Origin: Alphaproteobacteria bacterium
GTDB lineage: Bacteria > Pseudomonadota > Alphaproteobacteria > UBA828
Assembly: GCA_965220745.1 (NCBI GenBank)
Contig: CBDCQT010000005.1
Span: 224,001-288,000 of the forward strand
Reading direction: 5' to 3'
Length of the DNA stretch: 64,000 nt
Shown: positions 32,538 through 43,063 of the stretch, piece by piece
How the letters are laid out: each line of letters begins with the position of its first letter
How positions within the stretch are numbered: position 1 is the stretch's first letter
Translations under genes and position numbers: made by a program
Notes under the pieces: model-generated
Databases searched by the model: none
What the model was told of the DNA's origin: nothing
The model's input: only the letters and a program-made list of their open reading frames with translations

Positions 32538-33779
32538 ATGAGCAAAGTGAATCGTCGCACGTTCCTGAAGGCGGCCGGAATCGGTGGCGCGGCAATAGCT
32601 GCAGCGCCGACCGTGATCGTGAAGCCCGCACGCGCCGACACCATCAGGGTCGGCGGACTGCACGACCGCACCGGCGTGATCGGCATCTACGGCAACGAGA
32701 TGGCCGACGCGCTCGTGTTCGCGGTGGAAGAGATCAACGCCGGCGGCGGGGTGCTGGGCCAGCAGCTCGAACTCATCGAGTACGACGCCCAGTCGACCAT
32801 GGCCAACTACTCGCAGTACGCGCAGCGGCTGGCGACCAGCGACCAGGTCGACGTCGTCTTCGGCGGCATCACCAGTGCGTCGCGCGAGTCGATCCGCCCG
32901 GTCTTCGACCGCTTCCGCAAACTCTACTTCTACAGCACCTTCTACGAGGGCGGCGTCTGTGACCGCACGGTCTTCTGCAACGCCGAGACGCCGGCGCAGA
33001 TCAACGGCCCGCTGCTCAAGTACGCGATGGACAAGTTCGGCGCGAAGACCGTCTACACCATCGCCGCCGACTACATCTATGGGCAGATCACCGCCGACTG
33101 GATCAAGAAGTACGCGAAGGATTTCGGGGGCGAGGTGATTGCCGAAGAGTTCTTCCCCCTCGATGTCGGCGACTTTGCGTCCACCATCACCAAGATTCAG
33201 CAGGCCGACCCCGACCTGGTGGTCTCGGCGCTCGTGGGCGGCAACCACATCGGCTTCTACCGGCAGTGGCCGGCGGCGGGGATGCAGGACAAGATCCCGG
33301 TCGCGTCCACCGTGTTCGGGCCGTGGGAGAACGCCTTCGTCTCGGCCGCTGAGTCCGAGGGCATCATGTGCTCCTACCACTACTTCCAGAGCATCGACTC
33401 GCCGGCCAACGCGGCGTTCCTGGAGAAGTGGCGCGCCCGCTACGGCGAAGATGCCCAGGAGATCGGCACCCTCGCGATCTGCACCTACAACTCGGTCAAC
33501 ATGTGGAAGAAGGCGGTCGAGCAGGCCGAGACCATCGACCGCATGGCGGTGATCGAGGCGCTGGAGACGGGGATCTCGGTCGAAGGGCCGGGCGGCACGG
33601 TGACGATGGATCCGCCGACGCACCACACGATCATGAGCGCGGCGATTGCCGAGCTGAATGGCGGCAACTTCAACATCGTCGAGGTGGCCGAGAACCGGAC
33701 GCCGGACGATACCGCCACGGTCTGCGACCTGATCGCCAATCCGAATCAGGCGACCCAGTACCGGATCGAAGTCGACTGA
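32538..33779 (+). CDS. Tat-exported urea/amide-type ABC substrate-binding protein (UrtA/AmiC-like)
   Basis: NRRTFLK signal, GGITSASRESIRP, YEGGVC, ADYIYG. Confidence 0.88.
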   Translation: MSKVNRRTFLKAAGIGGAAIAAAPTVIVKPARADTIRVGGLHDRTGVIGIYGNEMADALVFAVEEINAGGGVLGQQLELIEYDAQSTMANYSQYAQRLATSDQVDVVFGGITSASRESIRPVFDRFRKLYFYSTFYEGGVCDRTVFCNAETPAQINGPLLKYAMDKFGAKTVYTIAADYIYGQITADWIKKYAKDFGGEVIAEEFFPLDVGDFASTITKIQQADPDLVVSALVGGNHIGFYRQWPAAGMQDKIPVASTVFGPWENAFVSAAESEGIMCSYHYFQSIDSPANAAFLEKWRARYGEDAQEIGTLAICTYNSVNMWKKAVEQAETIDRMAVIEALETGISVEGPGGTVTMDPPTHHTIMSAAIAELNGGNFNIVEVAENRTPDDTATVCDLIANPNQATQYRIEVD

Positions 33780-33805
33780 CCTCTTTCTAGTCGTCGTTAC
33801 CGATC

Positions 33806-34672
33806 ATGGACCTCGCCGGCATCATCGCCGTCCAGATCGGCTACACCGTGGCCAGCCTCGCGCTCATCAGCGCGGGGCTGGCCGTCATTTTCGGCATGAT
33901 GCGGGTCATCAACCTGGCCCACGGCGAGTTCCTGATGCTGGGCGCCTACGCGGTCGTGGTCTCGACCAAGGCCGGCATCAACTTCTGGGTCTCGATGCTG
34001 GTGATCGCGCCGCTCTTCGTCGGCATCGTCGGCGTCATCGTCGAGCGCTTCGTCGTCCGCTTCCTCTACGGCCGCATGATGGACACCCTGATCGCGACCT
34101 GGGGGCTCTCGCTGCTCTTTATCGGCATCATCACGACCATCTTCGGCAATGCGACCGAGAGCGTGGTCTCGCCGCTCGGCAGCTTCGAGATCGGCGAGTT
34201 CGTCGAGAGCCAGTACCGGCTCTTCATCATCTTCCTTGGCGTGCTCGTGATCGCGGTGATCTTCGTGGTGCTGCGCTATTCGCGCGCAGGCCTCATCGCC
34301 CGCGGCACGATGCAGAACGCCGACATGGCGGCGGCGCTCGGTATCAGCCCGCAGCATGTCTACACCATCACCTTCGGCGTGGGCGCGGCGTTGACCGGGC
34401 TCGCGGGCGCTGCACTCGCGCCGGTGACCGGCCTGCTGCCGACCATGGGCGCGGCCTTCATCGCCAAGGCCTTCATCACCGTGATCGGGGGCGGCGAGGC
34501 CATCGTGACCGGCACCTCGTCCGCGTCAGCGTTCTTCGGCACCGTGAACCAGGTCACCACCTTCCTCTGGACACCGGTCATGGGCGACGTCGCGCTGCTG
34601 ATCGCCGCGGTCATCCTGCTCAGGCTGCTGCCGCAGGGTATCACCGGCCGGTTCTTCCGCCGATGGCTCTGA
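33806..34672 (+). CDS. ABC permease (UrtB/LivH-like)
   Basis: GLAVIFGMMRVINLAHGEF, RFLYGR..DTLIATWGLSL. Confidence 0.9.
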   Translation: MDLAGIIAVQIGYTVASLALISAGLAVIFGMMRVINLAHGEFLMLGAYAVVVSTKAGINFWVSMLVIAPLFVGIVGVIVERFVVRFLYGRMMDTLIATWGLSLLFIGIITTIFGNATESVVSPLGSFEIGEFVESQYRLFIIFLGVLVIAVIFVVLRYSRAGLIARGTMQNADMAAALGISPQHVYTITFGVGAALTGLAGAALAPVTGLLPTMGAAFIAKAFITVIGGGEAIVTGTSSASAFFGTVNQVTTFLWTPVMGDVALLIAAVILLRLLPQGITGRFFRRWL

Positions 34673-35712
34673 ACGTCAGTCTCAATTCCGACGGGCTCAC
34701 GGTGGGGCGGCTTTCGCCGACGCTCACCGGGCCGATCGCGGCCGTGGTCATTATCGCGCTGGTCATCGGCATCCTGCCGCTAGTGGTCTCCGACATCTTC
34801 ATTCTGCTCCAGCTCACGCTCTTCATGGCCTATGGCATCCTTGCCATGAGTCTCGGCTGGGTCTGGGGTTACGGCGGCATCTTCAGCTTCGGCCAGGCCG
34901 CGTTCTATGGCCTCGGCGGCTACACCTATGCCGTGGTCTCGATCAACATGGGGGGCAGCACGACCGCGCTCTTCGCGGGCGTCGCCGTGCCCGCGGCCTT
35001 CGCGCTCTTCCTCGGCTACTTCATGTTCTACGGCCGCATCAGCACGGTCTACGTGGCGGTCATCACCCTCGTCGTGTCGCTGATCTTCTACAAGTTCCTG
35101 GGCCACACGGCGGGTTACGAATACACCATCGGCACCGCCCATCTCGGCGGCTTCAACGGCATGCCAGCGCTGCCGCCGATCAACACGCCGGGCAATCCCA
35201 TGAGCATTATCTGGCCCGAGGACATGTTCGTCATCACCGGGATCTGCCTGCTGCTGGTGTACGTCGGCCTGCGATTCGCGATGCACTCCAGCTTCGGCCG
35301 CGCGGTCGCCGCGATGCGGGAGAACGAGCTCCGGGCCGAGCTGCTCGGCTACGACACGCGGCTCTACAAGATGGCCGTCTTCGGGATCGGCGGCGCCGTG
35401 GCGGGCCTCGCGGGCGTGCTCTACGCCAACTGGAACTCCTACGTGAGCCCCACCGTGTTCGACCTGGGCTTCAGCGCGCAGATCATCATTTGGGTTGTGG
35501 TCGGCGGGCTCGGCACCCTGGTGGGGCCGCTGGTGGGTGCGATGGCTTTGGGCTTCGTCACCATCGAGCTCGGCACGCAGCAGACCGTGGACGTCAACCT
35601 GATCCTCGGCGTGATTCTCGTGGTCTTCGTGCTGGCGGTACCGGAGGGCGTCACCGCCCAGGCCCGCGCCCTCTACGGGCGCCTGATGGACCGGGTTCAG
35701 GCCAGGGCCTGA
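34663..35712 (+). CDS. ABC permease (UrtC/LivM-like)
   Basis: WGYGGIFSFGQAAFYGLGGY, RENELRAELLGY, VGGLGTLVGP. Confidence 0.9.
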   Translation: MALNVSLNSDGLTVGRLSPTLTGPIAAVVIIALVIGILPLVVSDIFILLQLTLFMAYGILAMSLGWVWGYGGIFSFGQAAFYGLGGYTYAVVSINMGGSTTALFAGVAVPAAFALFLGYFMFYGRISTVYVAVITLVVSLIFYKFLGHTAGYEYTIGTAHLGGFNGMPALPPINTPGNPMSIIWPEDMFVITGICLLLVYVGLRFAMHSSFGRAVAAMRENELRAELLGYDTRLYKMAVFGIGGAVAGLAGVLYANWNSYVSPTVFDLGFSAQIIIWVVVGGLGTLVGPLVGAMALGFVTIELGTQQTVDVNLILGVILVVFVLAVPEGVTAQARALYGRLMDRVQARA

Positions 35713-35718
35713 GTAGCC

Positions 35719-36711
35719 CTATTCTGCCGCCTGGGTGGCGGGGCCGGCCTCCAGCCGCGCGATGGCGCGGGCATAGACTCCGGGGTCCACGTTGCCGCCC
35801 GAGAGGATCAGCCCGACCTTCTTGCCGGCCATCATGTCCCGCTCCTGCATCAGCGCCGCGAGCGGGGACGCGCCTGCGCCCTCGGCGAGGTTGTGCGTAT
35901 CGGCGTGGTAGGCGGCGATGGCGTCGAGCATCTCGTCGTCAGAGACGCTGACGATGCGCGCGCAGCCGGCGAGGATCAGGTCAAGGCCCTCGGGCGAGGG
36001 CTCGCGGGTCGCGATCCCGTCGCCCACCACGGTCGTGGCCCGGTTGATCGAGACCGGCCGCCTTGCCTCGAAGCTGAGCGCGTAGCAGTTGGCGCCTTCG
36101 GCGACCACGCCGATGATCTCGGTCTTGAGCCCGAGGGCATCGCGCACGCCCATCAGCCCGCATATGCCGGAGCCAAGCCCGACCGGCACATAGACCGCGT
36201 CGAGATCGGGCACCGCAGTGAAGAGCTCCAGCGCGTAGGTGCCGACGCCGCGCACCAGGCGCTCGTCGAAGGAGGGAACCATGACCAGGTCCCGCTCGGC
36301 CGCGAGCGCCTGGGCGTGCTCGTAGGCGGCCTCGAAATCCGCGCCGTGCACCACCAGCTCGCCGCCGAAGGCTCCCATCGCCGCGTTCTTGCCCGCCGCA
36401 TTGCCCTCCGGCACCACGAGAGTCGCTGTGAGGCCGAGCCGGGTCGCGGCGTAGGCGATGCTCTGGCCGTGATTGCCCCTGGTGGCGGCGATGACGCCGG
36501 CGACCGGACCATGCCGGCGTAGATCGTCCATGTAGACGAGGCCGCCCCTAACCTTGAAGGCGCAGATTGGGGTGTGATTCTCGTGCTTGACCCAGACCTC
36601 AGCCCCGGTGCGCTCGGCCAGCAGCGGCCACGGGATTTGCGGCGTGGGGTCGAGGGTCTCGTGAACGAAGGCGGCAGCCTCTTGGAATTCGGCCAGCGTG
36701 GGCAGGCGCAT
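35719..36711 (-). CDS. threonine dehydratase-like PLP enzyme (fold type II)
   Basis: KHENHTPICAFKVRGG, TRGNHG, PVGLGSG, SGGNVD. Confidence 0.9.
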   Translation of the reverse strand: MRLPTLAEFQEAAAFVHETLDPTPQIPWPLLAERTGAEVWVKHENHTPICAFKVRGGLVYMDDLRRHGPVAGVIAATRGNHGQSIAYAATRLGLTATLVVPEGNAAGKNAAMGAFGGELVVHGADFEAAYEHAQALAAERDLVMVPSFDERLVRGVGTYALELFTAVPDLDAVYVPVGLGSGICGLMGVRDALGLKTEIIGVVAEGANCYALSFEARRPVSINRATTVVGDGIATREPSPEGLDLILAGCARIVSVSDDEMLDAIAAYHADTHNLAEGAGASPLAALMQERDMMAGKKVGLILSGGNVDPGVYARAIARLEAGPATQAAE

Positions 36712-36950
36712 GGCGGTGCTCCCCTGGGTCGGTGGCGGCGCACTATAGCAGGCGCGCACGACCTTTCAGGCGTGTGCAACAGCAGGTGCGCGATCCTGTC
36801 GGGATGGCAGGCCCCGGCCGCCGCCCTGCATCGCGTTCGCCCGCCTCACCCTGGCCCTCTCCGATCGCCGGGGCGGAGAGCTGCCGCGGCCGGGTTCTGT
36901 GGCCGGCCTCGTGCTTGCAGGCTATTGTTCCTACACGAGACAGGGAAGGT

Positions 36951-37295
36951 ATGGCGATGGAGGTGACCAGCGAAAGGCGGGACGGTGTCCTGTGGTTCTC
37001 CGTGAGCGGGCGCGTCACTATCCTCAATGCCGCGCAGTTCGAGGAGACGGTCGCAGACGCTATCGAGGATGGCGACCGGGCGGTGATTATCGACCTTGAG
37101 AACCTGGTCTACATCAGCAGTGCGGGCCTTTACGCCGTCCTCAGGGTCGCAAAGAGCTTGTGGCAACGCGATGCGGCATTCGCCCTATGCGCACTGTCGG
37201 ATTCCGTCCATCTGGTTTTCGAGAGAGTAGGGTTCGCCAAAATTATGGCAATCCATTCGACCAAGGCCGAGGCACTGGCATCCCTCGAGAGCTGA
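36951..37295 (+). CDS. STAS-domain anti-sigma factor antagonist
   Basis: VIIDLENLVYISSAGL. Confidence 0.85.
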   Translation: MAMEVTSERRDGVLWFSVSGRVTILNAAQFEETVADAIEDGDRAVIIDLENLVYISSAGLYAVLRVAKSLWQRDAAFALCALSDSVHLVFERVGFAKIMAIHSTKAEALASLES

Positions 37296-37442
37296 ACCAG
37301 CAGCCCGGCCCCGTCTCGCGCGGCTCGGAGGGAGGCACCGCCGCGCCCCAATTTGCCGCGCCCGCGACCCTTCGGGCGCGGGCGACCGGTTGCATCACAG
37401 GCGACCGGATGTACCTTGACGCGGCCGACTGGAGGGGAGGCG

Positions 37443-39044
37443 ATGGAGGTTCTGCGCTCGACGGTCGATCCGGCCTCGGACAAGTTCAAGGACAACGAGG
37501 CGGCCATGCGGGCGCTTGTGGACGACCTCGCCAGCCGCCACGCGCGGGTGCTGGAGGGTGGGCCTCCCCAGGCGCGCGAGCGGCACCGGGAGCGGGGCAA
37601 GATGCTGCCGCGCGAGCGGGTCACGGCGCTGATCGACCAAGGCTCGCCGTTCCTGGAGCTTTCGGCGCTGGCGGCGGACGGCCTCTACGGCGCGGACGTG
37701 CCGGCCGCCGGCATCATCACCGGTATCGGGCGCATCCAGGGGCGCGAGTGCGTCGTCATCGCCAACGACGCGACGGTCAAGGGCGGCACTTACTACCCGA
37801 TGACCGTCAAGAAGCACATCCGCGCCCAGGAGATCGCCGAGGAGAACCGGCTGCCCTGCCTTTACCTGGTGGATTCCGGCGGCGCCAACCTGCCGCACCA
37901 GGACGAGGTGTTCCCCGACCGCGATCATTTCGGGCGCATCTTCTTCAACCAGGCGCGCATGTCGGCGAAGGGCATCGCGCAGGTCGCCGTGGTGATGGGC
38001 TCGTGCACGGCGGGCGGCGCCTATGTGCCGGCGATGTCCGACGAGACCATCATCGTGAAGGAGCAGGGCACGATCTTCCTGGGCGGGCCGCCGCTGGTGA
38101 AGGCCGCCACCGGCGAGGAGGTAAGCGCCGAGGAGCTGGGCGGCGCCGACGTGCACACGCGGCTCTCGGGAGTCGCCGACCACATGGCGGCGGACGATGC
38201 CGACGCCATTCGCCGGGCACGAGCCATCGTCTATCGGCTCGGCGCCCCGCCGCCGGCACCGCCCGCGCCGGCGCCCGAGCCCGCTTACGACCCCGCCGAG
38301 ATCTACGGCGTCGTGCCGCAGTCGCTGCGCACCATGTTCAACGTGCGCGAGGTGATCGCGCGCATCGCGGACGGCAGCGCCTTCGACGAGTTCAAGGCCC
38401 GCTACGGCGCCACCCTGGTGACCGGCTTCGCGCACATCGGCGGGCATCTCGTCGGCATCCTCGCCAACAACGGCATCCTGTTCTCCGAATCCTCGCTCAA
38501 GGGCGCGCACTTCATCGAGCTCTGCTGCCAGCGCGGCATTCCGCTGCTGTTCCTGCAGAACATCGTGGGCTTCATGGTGGGCAAGCGCTACGAGCAGGGC
38601 GGCATTGCCAAGGACGGGGCCAAGCTGGTCACCGCGGTCTCGTGCGCGGCCGTGCCCAAGCTCACGGTCATCATCGGCGGCAGCTATGGCGCCGGGAACT
38701 ACGGCATGTGCGGCCGCGCCTACGGGCCGCGCTTCCTCTGGATGTGGCCGAACGCGCGCATCTCGGTGATGGGCGGCGAGCAGGCGGCGAGCGTGCTGGC
38801 CCGCATCCGGCGCGACCGGGTCGAGGCCGGCGGCGGCGCATGGAGCGAGGACGAGGAGGCCGCGTTCAAGGCGCCGATCCGCGCCCAGTACGAGGAGCAG
38901 GGGAATCCCTACTACGCCGCAGCCCGGCTCTGGCACGACGGGGTGATCGACCCGGCGGAGACGCGGCAGGTGCTGGCGCGGGCTCTCGGCATCGTCGCGG
39001 GCGGGCCGGCCGAGGCCACGCGCTTCGGCGTCTTCAGGATGTAG
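37443..39044 (+). CDS. liuB: 3-methylcrotonyl-CoA carboxylase beta subunit
   Basis: [45 protein letters not shown]. Confidence 0.92.
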   Translation: MEVLRSTVDPASDKFKDNEAAMRALVDDLASRHARVLEGGPPQARERHRERGKMLPRERVTALIDQGSPFLELSALAADGLYGADVPAAGIITGIGRIQGRECVVIANDATVKGGTYYPMTVKKHIRAQEIAEENRLPCLYLVDSGGANLPHQDEVFPDRDHFGRIFFNQARMSAKGIAQVAVVMGSCTAGGAYVPAMSDETIIVKEQGTIFLGGPPLVKAATGEEVSAEELGGADVHTRLSGVADHMAADDADAIRRARAIVYRLGAPPPAPPAPAPEPAYDPAEIYGVVPQSLRTMFNVREVIARIADGSAFDEFKARYGATLVTGFAHIGGHLVGILANNGILFSESSLKGAHFIELCCQRGIPLLFLQNIVGFMVGKRYEQGGIAKDGAKLVTAVSCAAVPKLTVIIGGSYGAGNYGMCGRAYGPRFLWMWPNARISVMGGEQAASVLARIRRDRVEAGGGAWSEDEEAAFKAPIRAQYEEQGNPYYAAARLWHDGVIDPAETRQVLARALGIVAGGPAEATRFGVFRM

Positions 39045-39058
39045 GAGGACGCAGGGCC

Positions 39059-39844
39059 ATGGCCGACGACACCGTGCTGGTCGGATTCGAGGGAGCCGTC
39101 GCCACGGTCACGCTCAACCGGCCCAAGGCGCACAACGCCTTCGACGACGCGCTGGTCGCCCTGCTCACGAGCACGCTGGAGAGGCTGGGCACGCGTTACG
39201 ACGTGCGCGTGGTCGTCCTCACCGGGCGCGGCAAGTCCTTCAGCGCCGGCGCCGACCTGGCCTACATGAAGCGGGCCGCGGGCTTCTCGGAGGCGGAGAA
39301 CATCGTCGACGCCCGCGCGGTCGCACGCCTGCTCGTGGTGCTGGGCGGCCTGCCCAAGCCCACCGTGGCGCTGGTGCAGGGGCCGGCCTACGGCGGCGGC
39401 GTCGGGCTGGTCAGCGCCTGCGATATCGCCATCGCGGCCGAGAGCGCGGCCTTCGCACTGACCGAGGTGCGCCTCGGGCTGATCCCCGCCGTGATCAGCC
39501 CGTTCGTGGTCCGCGCCATCGGCGACTCCTGGAGCCGGCGCTACATGCTCACGGGCGAGCGCTTCGATGCGGAGACCGCACTCCGGATCGGGCTGGTGCA
39601 CGAGGTGGTGCCTGCCAAGGCCCTGGAAGCGCGCGGCGCGGAGATCGTGCAGACCCTGCTGAAGTGCTCGCCGGACGCGCAACGCCGGGCGAAGTCGCTG
39701 ATCGACGCGGTCTCGGACCGGCCGATCGACGATGCGCTGGCCGACGACGTTGCGAGCCGCATCGCCGAAGCGCGCGCATCGGAGGACGGGAAGGAGGGGA
39801 TCGCCGCCTTCCTCGAGAAGCGGCCGCCCAAGTGGTGGGACTGA
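39059..39844 (+). CDS. liuC: enoyl-CoA hydratase family, methylglutaconyl-CoA hydratase
   Basis: FSAGADL, GGGVGLVSACD, EVRLGLIPAVISP; follows liuB. Confidence 0.85.
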   Translation: MADDTVLVGFEGAVATVTLNRPKAHNAFDDALVALLTSTLERLGTRYDVRVVVLTGRGKSFSAGADLAYMKRAAGFSEAENIVDARAVARLLVVLGGLPKPTVALVQGPAYGGGVGLVSACDIAIAAESAAFALTEVRLGLIPAVISPFVVRAIGDSWSRRYMLTGERFDAETALRIGLVHEVVPAKALEARGAEIVQTLLKCSPDAQRRAKSLIDAVSDRPIDDALADDVASRIAEARASEDGKEGIAAFLEKRPPKWWD

Positions 39845-39893
39845 ACCTGCAAGAGCTAGATTCCGCGCGCGTCAGGCTTCGCGGACGCGCGAC

Positions 39894-40325
39894 GTGGCAC
39901 TGCACCTGCTGAAGCTCGCCGTCGGCATCGACGGGGTCGATCACCTGCGCGCGGTCCAGGCGGCGCGGCTAGAGCGGCTCGGCCGGCTGATCCACGTGAC
40001 CCGCTTCACGCCGCGCCGGGCCGAGGAAGTCCTGGCCGGCGGCTCCATGTACTGGGTCATCCGGCACCGCATCCGGGTGCGCCAGCGCATCCTGCGCTTC
40101 GACCGGCACGAGACGAAGGCGGGCGGCAAGCCCAAGTGCGCCGTCGTGCTCGATCCCGAGCTCATCGCCACCGACCCGGTGCATCGCCGCCCGCACCAGG
40201 GCTGGCGCTATCTGGAGGGCTCCGCCGCACCACGGGACCTCGGCCCGGTGGGAACGGTCGAGATACCCGAGGACGCCTTCCCGCCGGACTTGGCGGCCGA
40301 GCTCCGCGCCCTCGGTCTTCTCTGA
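39894..40325 (+). CDS. DUF1489 family protein
   Basis: LHLLKLAVG, TRFTPRR, GGSMYWVI, QGWRYL, ELRALGLL. Confidence 0.85.
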   Translation: MALHLLKLAVGIDGVDHLRAVQAARLERLGRLIHVTRFTPRRAEEVLAGGSMYWVIRHRIRVRQRILRFDRHETKAGGKPKCAVVLDPELIATDPVHRRPHQGWRYLEGSAAPRDLGPVGTVEIPEDAFPPDLAAELRALGLL

Positions 40326-40382
40326 GCGCATGGGATGCAGGCCGTGCTATGGTGAACCAACAGAGCGACGGAGGGCACGGTC

Positions 40383-41006
40383 ATGAGCGGGGCTGACTGG
40401 CATATCAAGGGCGACTACTTCGAGACCTGCAGCTGCGACTACCTCTGTCCCTGCATCTTCACCAACATGACCGCGATGCCGACCGACGGCGTCTGCGAGG
40501 TCGCAATCGTGCTGGATATTGCGGAGGGGCATTACGGCGACACCCGCCTCGACGGCGTGGCCTTCGTCACCGCGGCGATGGTGGCGGGGCCCATGGGCGA
40601 CGGCAACTGGACCGTGGGCCTGATCATCGACGAAGGGGCGAGCGACGCGCAGGTGGACGCCATCGGCCGCATTTGCTCTGGCGACGAGGGCGGGCCGATG
40701 GCGCTGATGGCGCCGCTCATCGGCACCTTCGCCGGCGTGGCGCGGGCGCCGATCAGGATCGAGCGGCGGACGATGGGCTTCTCGATCACCGCCGGCGAGC
40801 TGCTGAGCCACGGAGCCGAAGGCGTGCCCAGCCTGCCCGATCCCGCCGAGACCATCATGATCGACAACACCGGGCACCCCGCCAACAAGCGCCTGCACCT
40901 CGCCATCGGGACCCACAGCCACCTGAACGCCTTCGGCATCGAGTGGAACGACGCGGAGGGCGGCCACAACGGCCATTACGCCCCCTTCGAATGGCGTCCG
41001 AACTAG
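40383..41006 (+). CDS. DUF1326 family protein
   Basis: WHIKGDYFETCSCDYLCPC...PTDGVC, GHYGDTRLDG. Confidence 0.85.
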   Translation: MSGADWHIKGDYFETCSCDYLCPCIFTNMTAMPTDGVCEVAIVLDIAEGHYGDTRLDGVAFVTAAMVAGPMGDGNWTVGLIIDEGASDAQVDAIGRICSGDEGGPMALMAPLIGTFAGVARAPIRIERRTMGFSITAGELLSHGAEGVPSLPDPAETIMIDNTGHPANKRLHLAIGTHSHLNAFGIEWNDAEGGHNGHYAPFEWRPN

Positions 41007-41274
41007 CCCGCAATTCTCACCAAGGTCATGGTCTGCGCGGCGCTCTCCGGCCTACAGAGCAGGAAAGCCGCGAAGCGCGATGCGGGGACATCGGGCGAGT
41101 GGCTTGACGCACTCTGTAGGCCGGAGAGCACCGCCCTTCGGGTCGCGCCCAGGCGCCCGCCCGCGGCGTCGCGGACCTCAACCGTAGTCCCCGCTACGCT
41201 TTTCGGCCCGCTCCTGGCGGATCAAACGCCTGGGTGCGACGCAGGCCGCGACCGTGGTGAGAAATGCGGGCTGG
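41003..41274. mobile_element. palindromic MITE-like element with a nested REP-like inverted pair
   Basis: Terminal IRs ctagcccgcaattctcaccaaggtc / gaccgtggtgagaaatgcgggctgg; inner IR 41037-41059 / 41112-41134; IR 41142-41155 / 41227-41240. Confidence 0.7.
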
Positions 41275-41355
41275 CCGTCGGACCGTAAGTCGGTCCCGAA
41301 TTTTGGTACCGCGGCCCGGCCATCGACGGCCGGGCCCGAACGCCTCGGCGCAGGC

Positions 41356-42903
41356 ATGACTGAGGCAGACATCGTCATCGTGGGTGCCGGGTCGGCAGGC
41401 TGTGTGCTTGCCGCGAGGCTTACCGAACGGCCAGACCTCCGCGTTCTCTTGCTGGAGGCGGGCGGAGAACCCGAGAACCCCGACATCTCCGATCCTGCCG
41501 CCTGGCCAATTCTACAAGGCTCCGAGATCGACTGGAATTTCGAGACCGTGCCGCAGCGCTCCATGGCAGGACGCGCACATCCCTGGCCGCGCGGGCGCGT
41601 GGTGGGCGGGACGAGCGCGATGAATGCGATGGGTCATGTGCGCGGCCATCCGAGAGACTTCGACAAGTGGGCCGAGGTCGGCGCTACGGGATGGAACTGG
41701 GCCGCGCTCCGGCCCTACTTCACGCGTTCGGAAACCTCGCCCTTCGCCCCCGAAGAGGGTTATGGCGGAGGGGGTCCCGTGCGACTTTGCCAGCCCGCCA
41801 GGCCGCACCCGCTCACCCGTGCTCACTGCTCGGCCGGACGAGAGCTCGGGCTCCATCCCATCCGCGACCACAACGGGCGGGACTTGGCGGGGCCGACGCT
41901 CAATACGCTCACGATTGTGGATGGTCGGCGGCAGAGCGTGGCCGATGCCTACTTGACCCAGGCCGTTCGCGCGAGAGCGAACCTCGATCTGCGCTCAGGC
42001 CTCCTCGTCGACCGGCTGGCCTTCGACGACAGCGGACGCGTGACCGGGGTGCAAGCCTTGGAAGGCGCCAAGGTTCACCACTTCAACGCCCGGCGCGCCG
42101 TTGTTCTGGCCGCCGGGGTCATCGGAACGCCTGCAATAATGATGCGATCCGGTCTGGGCCCAGGCGCCCGGCTGGCGGCACTCGGCATTAGCCTTCGGCG
42201 CGACATGCCCGGCGTCGGGCAGAACCTGCAGGACCACCTGCTTGCCGCGGGCAACGTGTATCGCGCCCGCAGGCCGCTACCGCCGACCGCGACGCAACAT
42301 TCGGAGGCGCTCACCTACATCCACGCGCGGGGGCAGGTGCCCGGAGACGCGCCGGAGCTCGTGGTGGCGTGCGTCACGCTCCCGGCGGTCTCCGAAGCGC
42401 TTGCGGGCAGGATTCGCGTGCCCACCCCCGGTGAGGGATACACCTTGATGTTCGGCATTACGCACCCGCGCAGCCGGGGTCACCTGACCATCGCCTCCGC
42501 AGACCCGCAGGCCAAGCCGGTCATCGATCCCGCCTATCTCAGCGCAGCGGAGGACCGCTCGCTACTCCTCGAAGCGCTCGACTGGGCGCGGCGGCTGGGC
42601 GCAGCTGACGCCTACGCGCCGTGGCGCGGCGAAGAACTATTGCCGCAGCCCAGCGATCTCGCGAGCCAGGATGCGCGATCGGCATTCATCGAGCGCGCCG
42701 CCTTCACGCATCACCATCCGATCGGAACCTGCAGGATGGGAACGGACCCTGATGCCGTTGTCCGCCCCGACCTTTCAGCCGCAGGCGTACCGGGGCTCTA
42801 TATCGTTGACGGCTCTGTCCTTCCGAGCCTGACGACGGGCCCGGTCAACGCGGCTATTGTCGCGGTCGCGGAACGGGCGAGCGATCTTCTTTCCGCTCGT
42901 TGA
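41356..42903 (+). CDS. GMC oxidoreductase, pyridoxine 4-oxidase-like
   Basis: GAGSAG, DPAAWPILQG, QDHLLAAGNVY, QHSE, FGITHP, THHHPIGTCRMG, GPVNA (Pro in place of the usual GMC Asn). Confidence 0.82.
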   Translation: MTEADIVIVGAGSAGCVLAARLTERPDLRVLLLEAGGEPENPDISDPAAWPILQGSEIDWNFETVPQRSMAGRAHPWPRGRVVGGTSAMNAMGHVRGHPRDFDKWAEVGATGWNWAALRPYFTRSETSPFAPEEGYGGGGPVRLCQPARPHPLTRAHCSAGRELGLHPIRDHNGRDLAGPTLNTLTIVDGRRQSVADAYLTQAVRARANLDLRSGLLVDRLAFDDSGRVTGVQALEGAKVHHFNARRAVVLAAGVIGTPAIMMRSGLGPGARLAALGISLRRDMPGVGQNLQDHLLAAGNVYRARRPLPPTATQHSEALTYIHARGQVPGDAPELVVACVTLPAVSEALAGRIRVPTPGEGYTLMFGITHPRSRGHLTIASADPQAKPVIDPAYLSAAEDRSLLLEALDWARRLGAADAYAPWRGEELLPQPSDLASQDARSAFIERAAFTHHHPIGTCRMGTDPDAVVRPDLSAAGVPGLYIVDGSVLPSLTTGPVNAAIVAVAERASDLLSAR

Positions 42904-43063
42904 CCAGACCCGCGGGGAGCCTGAGCGCGGAACACAGAGACTCTCGCTCGTCAAGCAGCGGCTGATCCCGGCTCCTTCGCAGCGCCCGCCATGGCCGCCG
43001 GCGTGACACGCTAGGCGTTCCATATAGACTTCGCCGCGCAACGGCGCAGCGGAAAGGACGGCG

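Noticed and set aside
37160-39844. 894-aa ORF
   Set aside because: Only the last 261 aa (from the ATG at 39059) are a real crotonase; the rest is an Arg/Gly-rich off-frame shadow of liuB.
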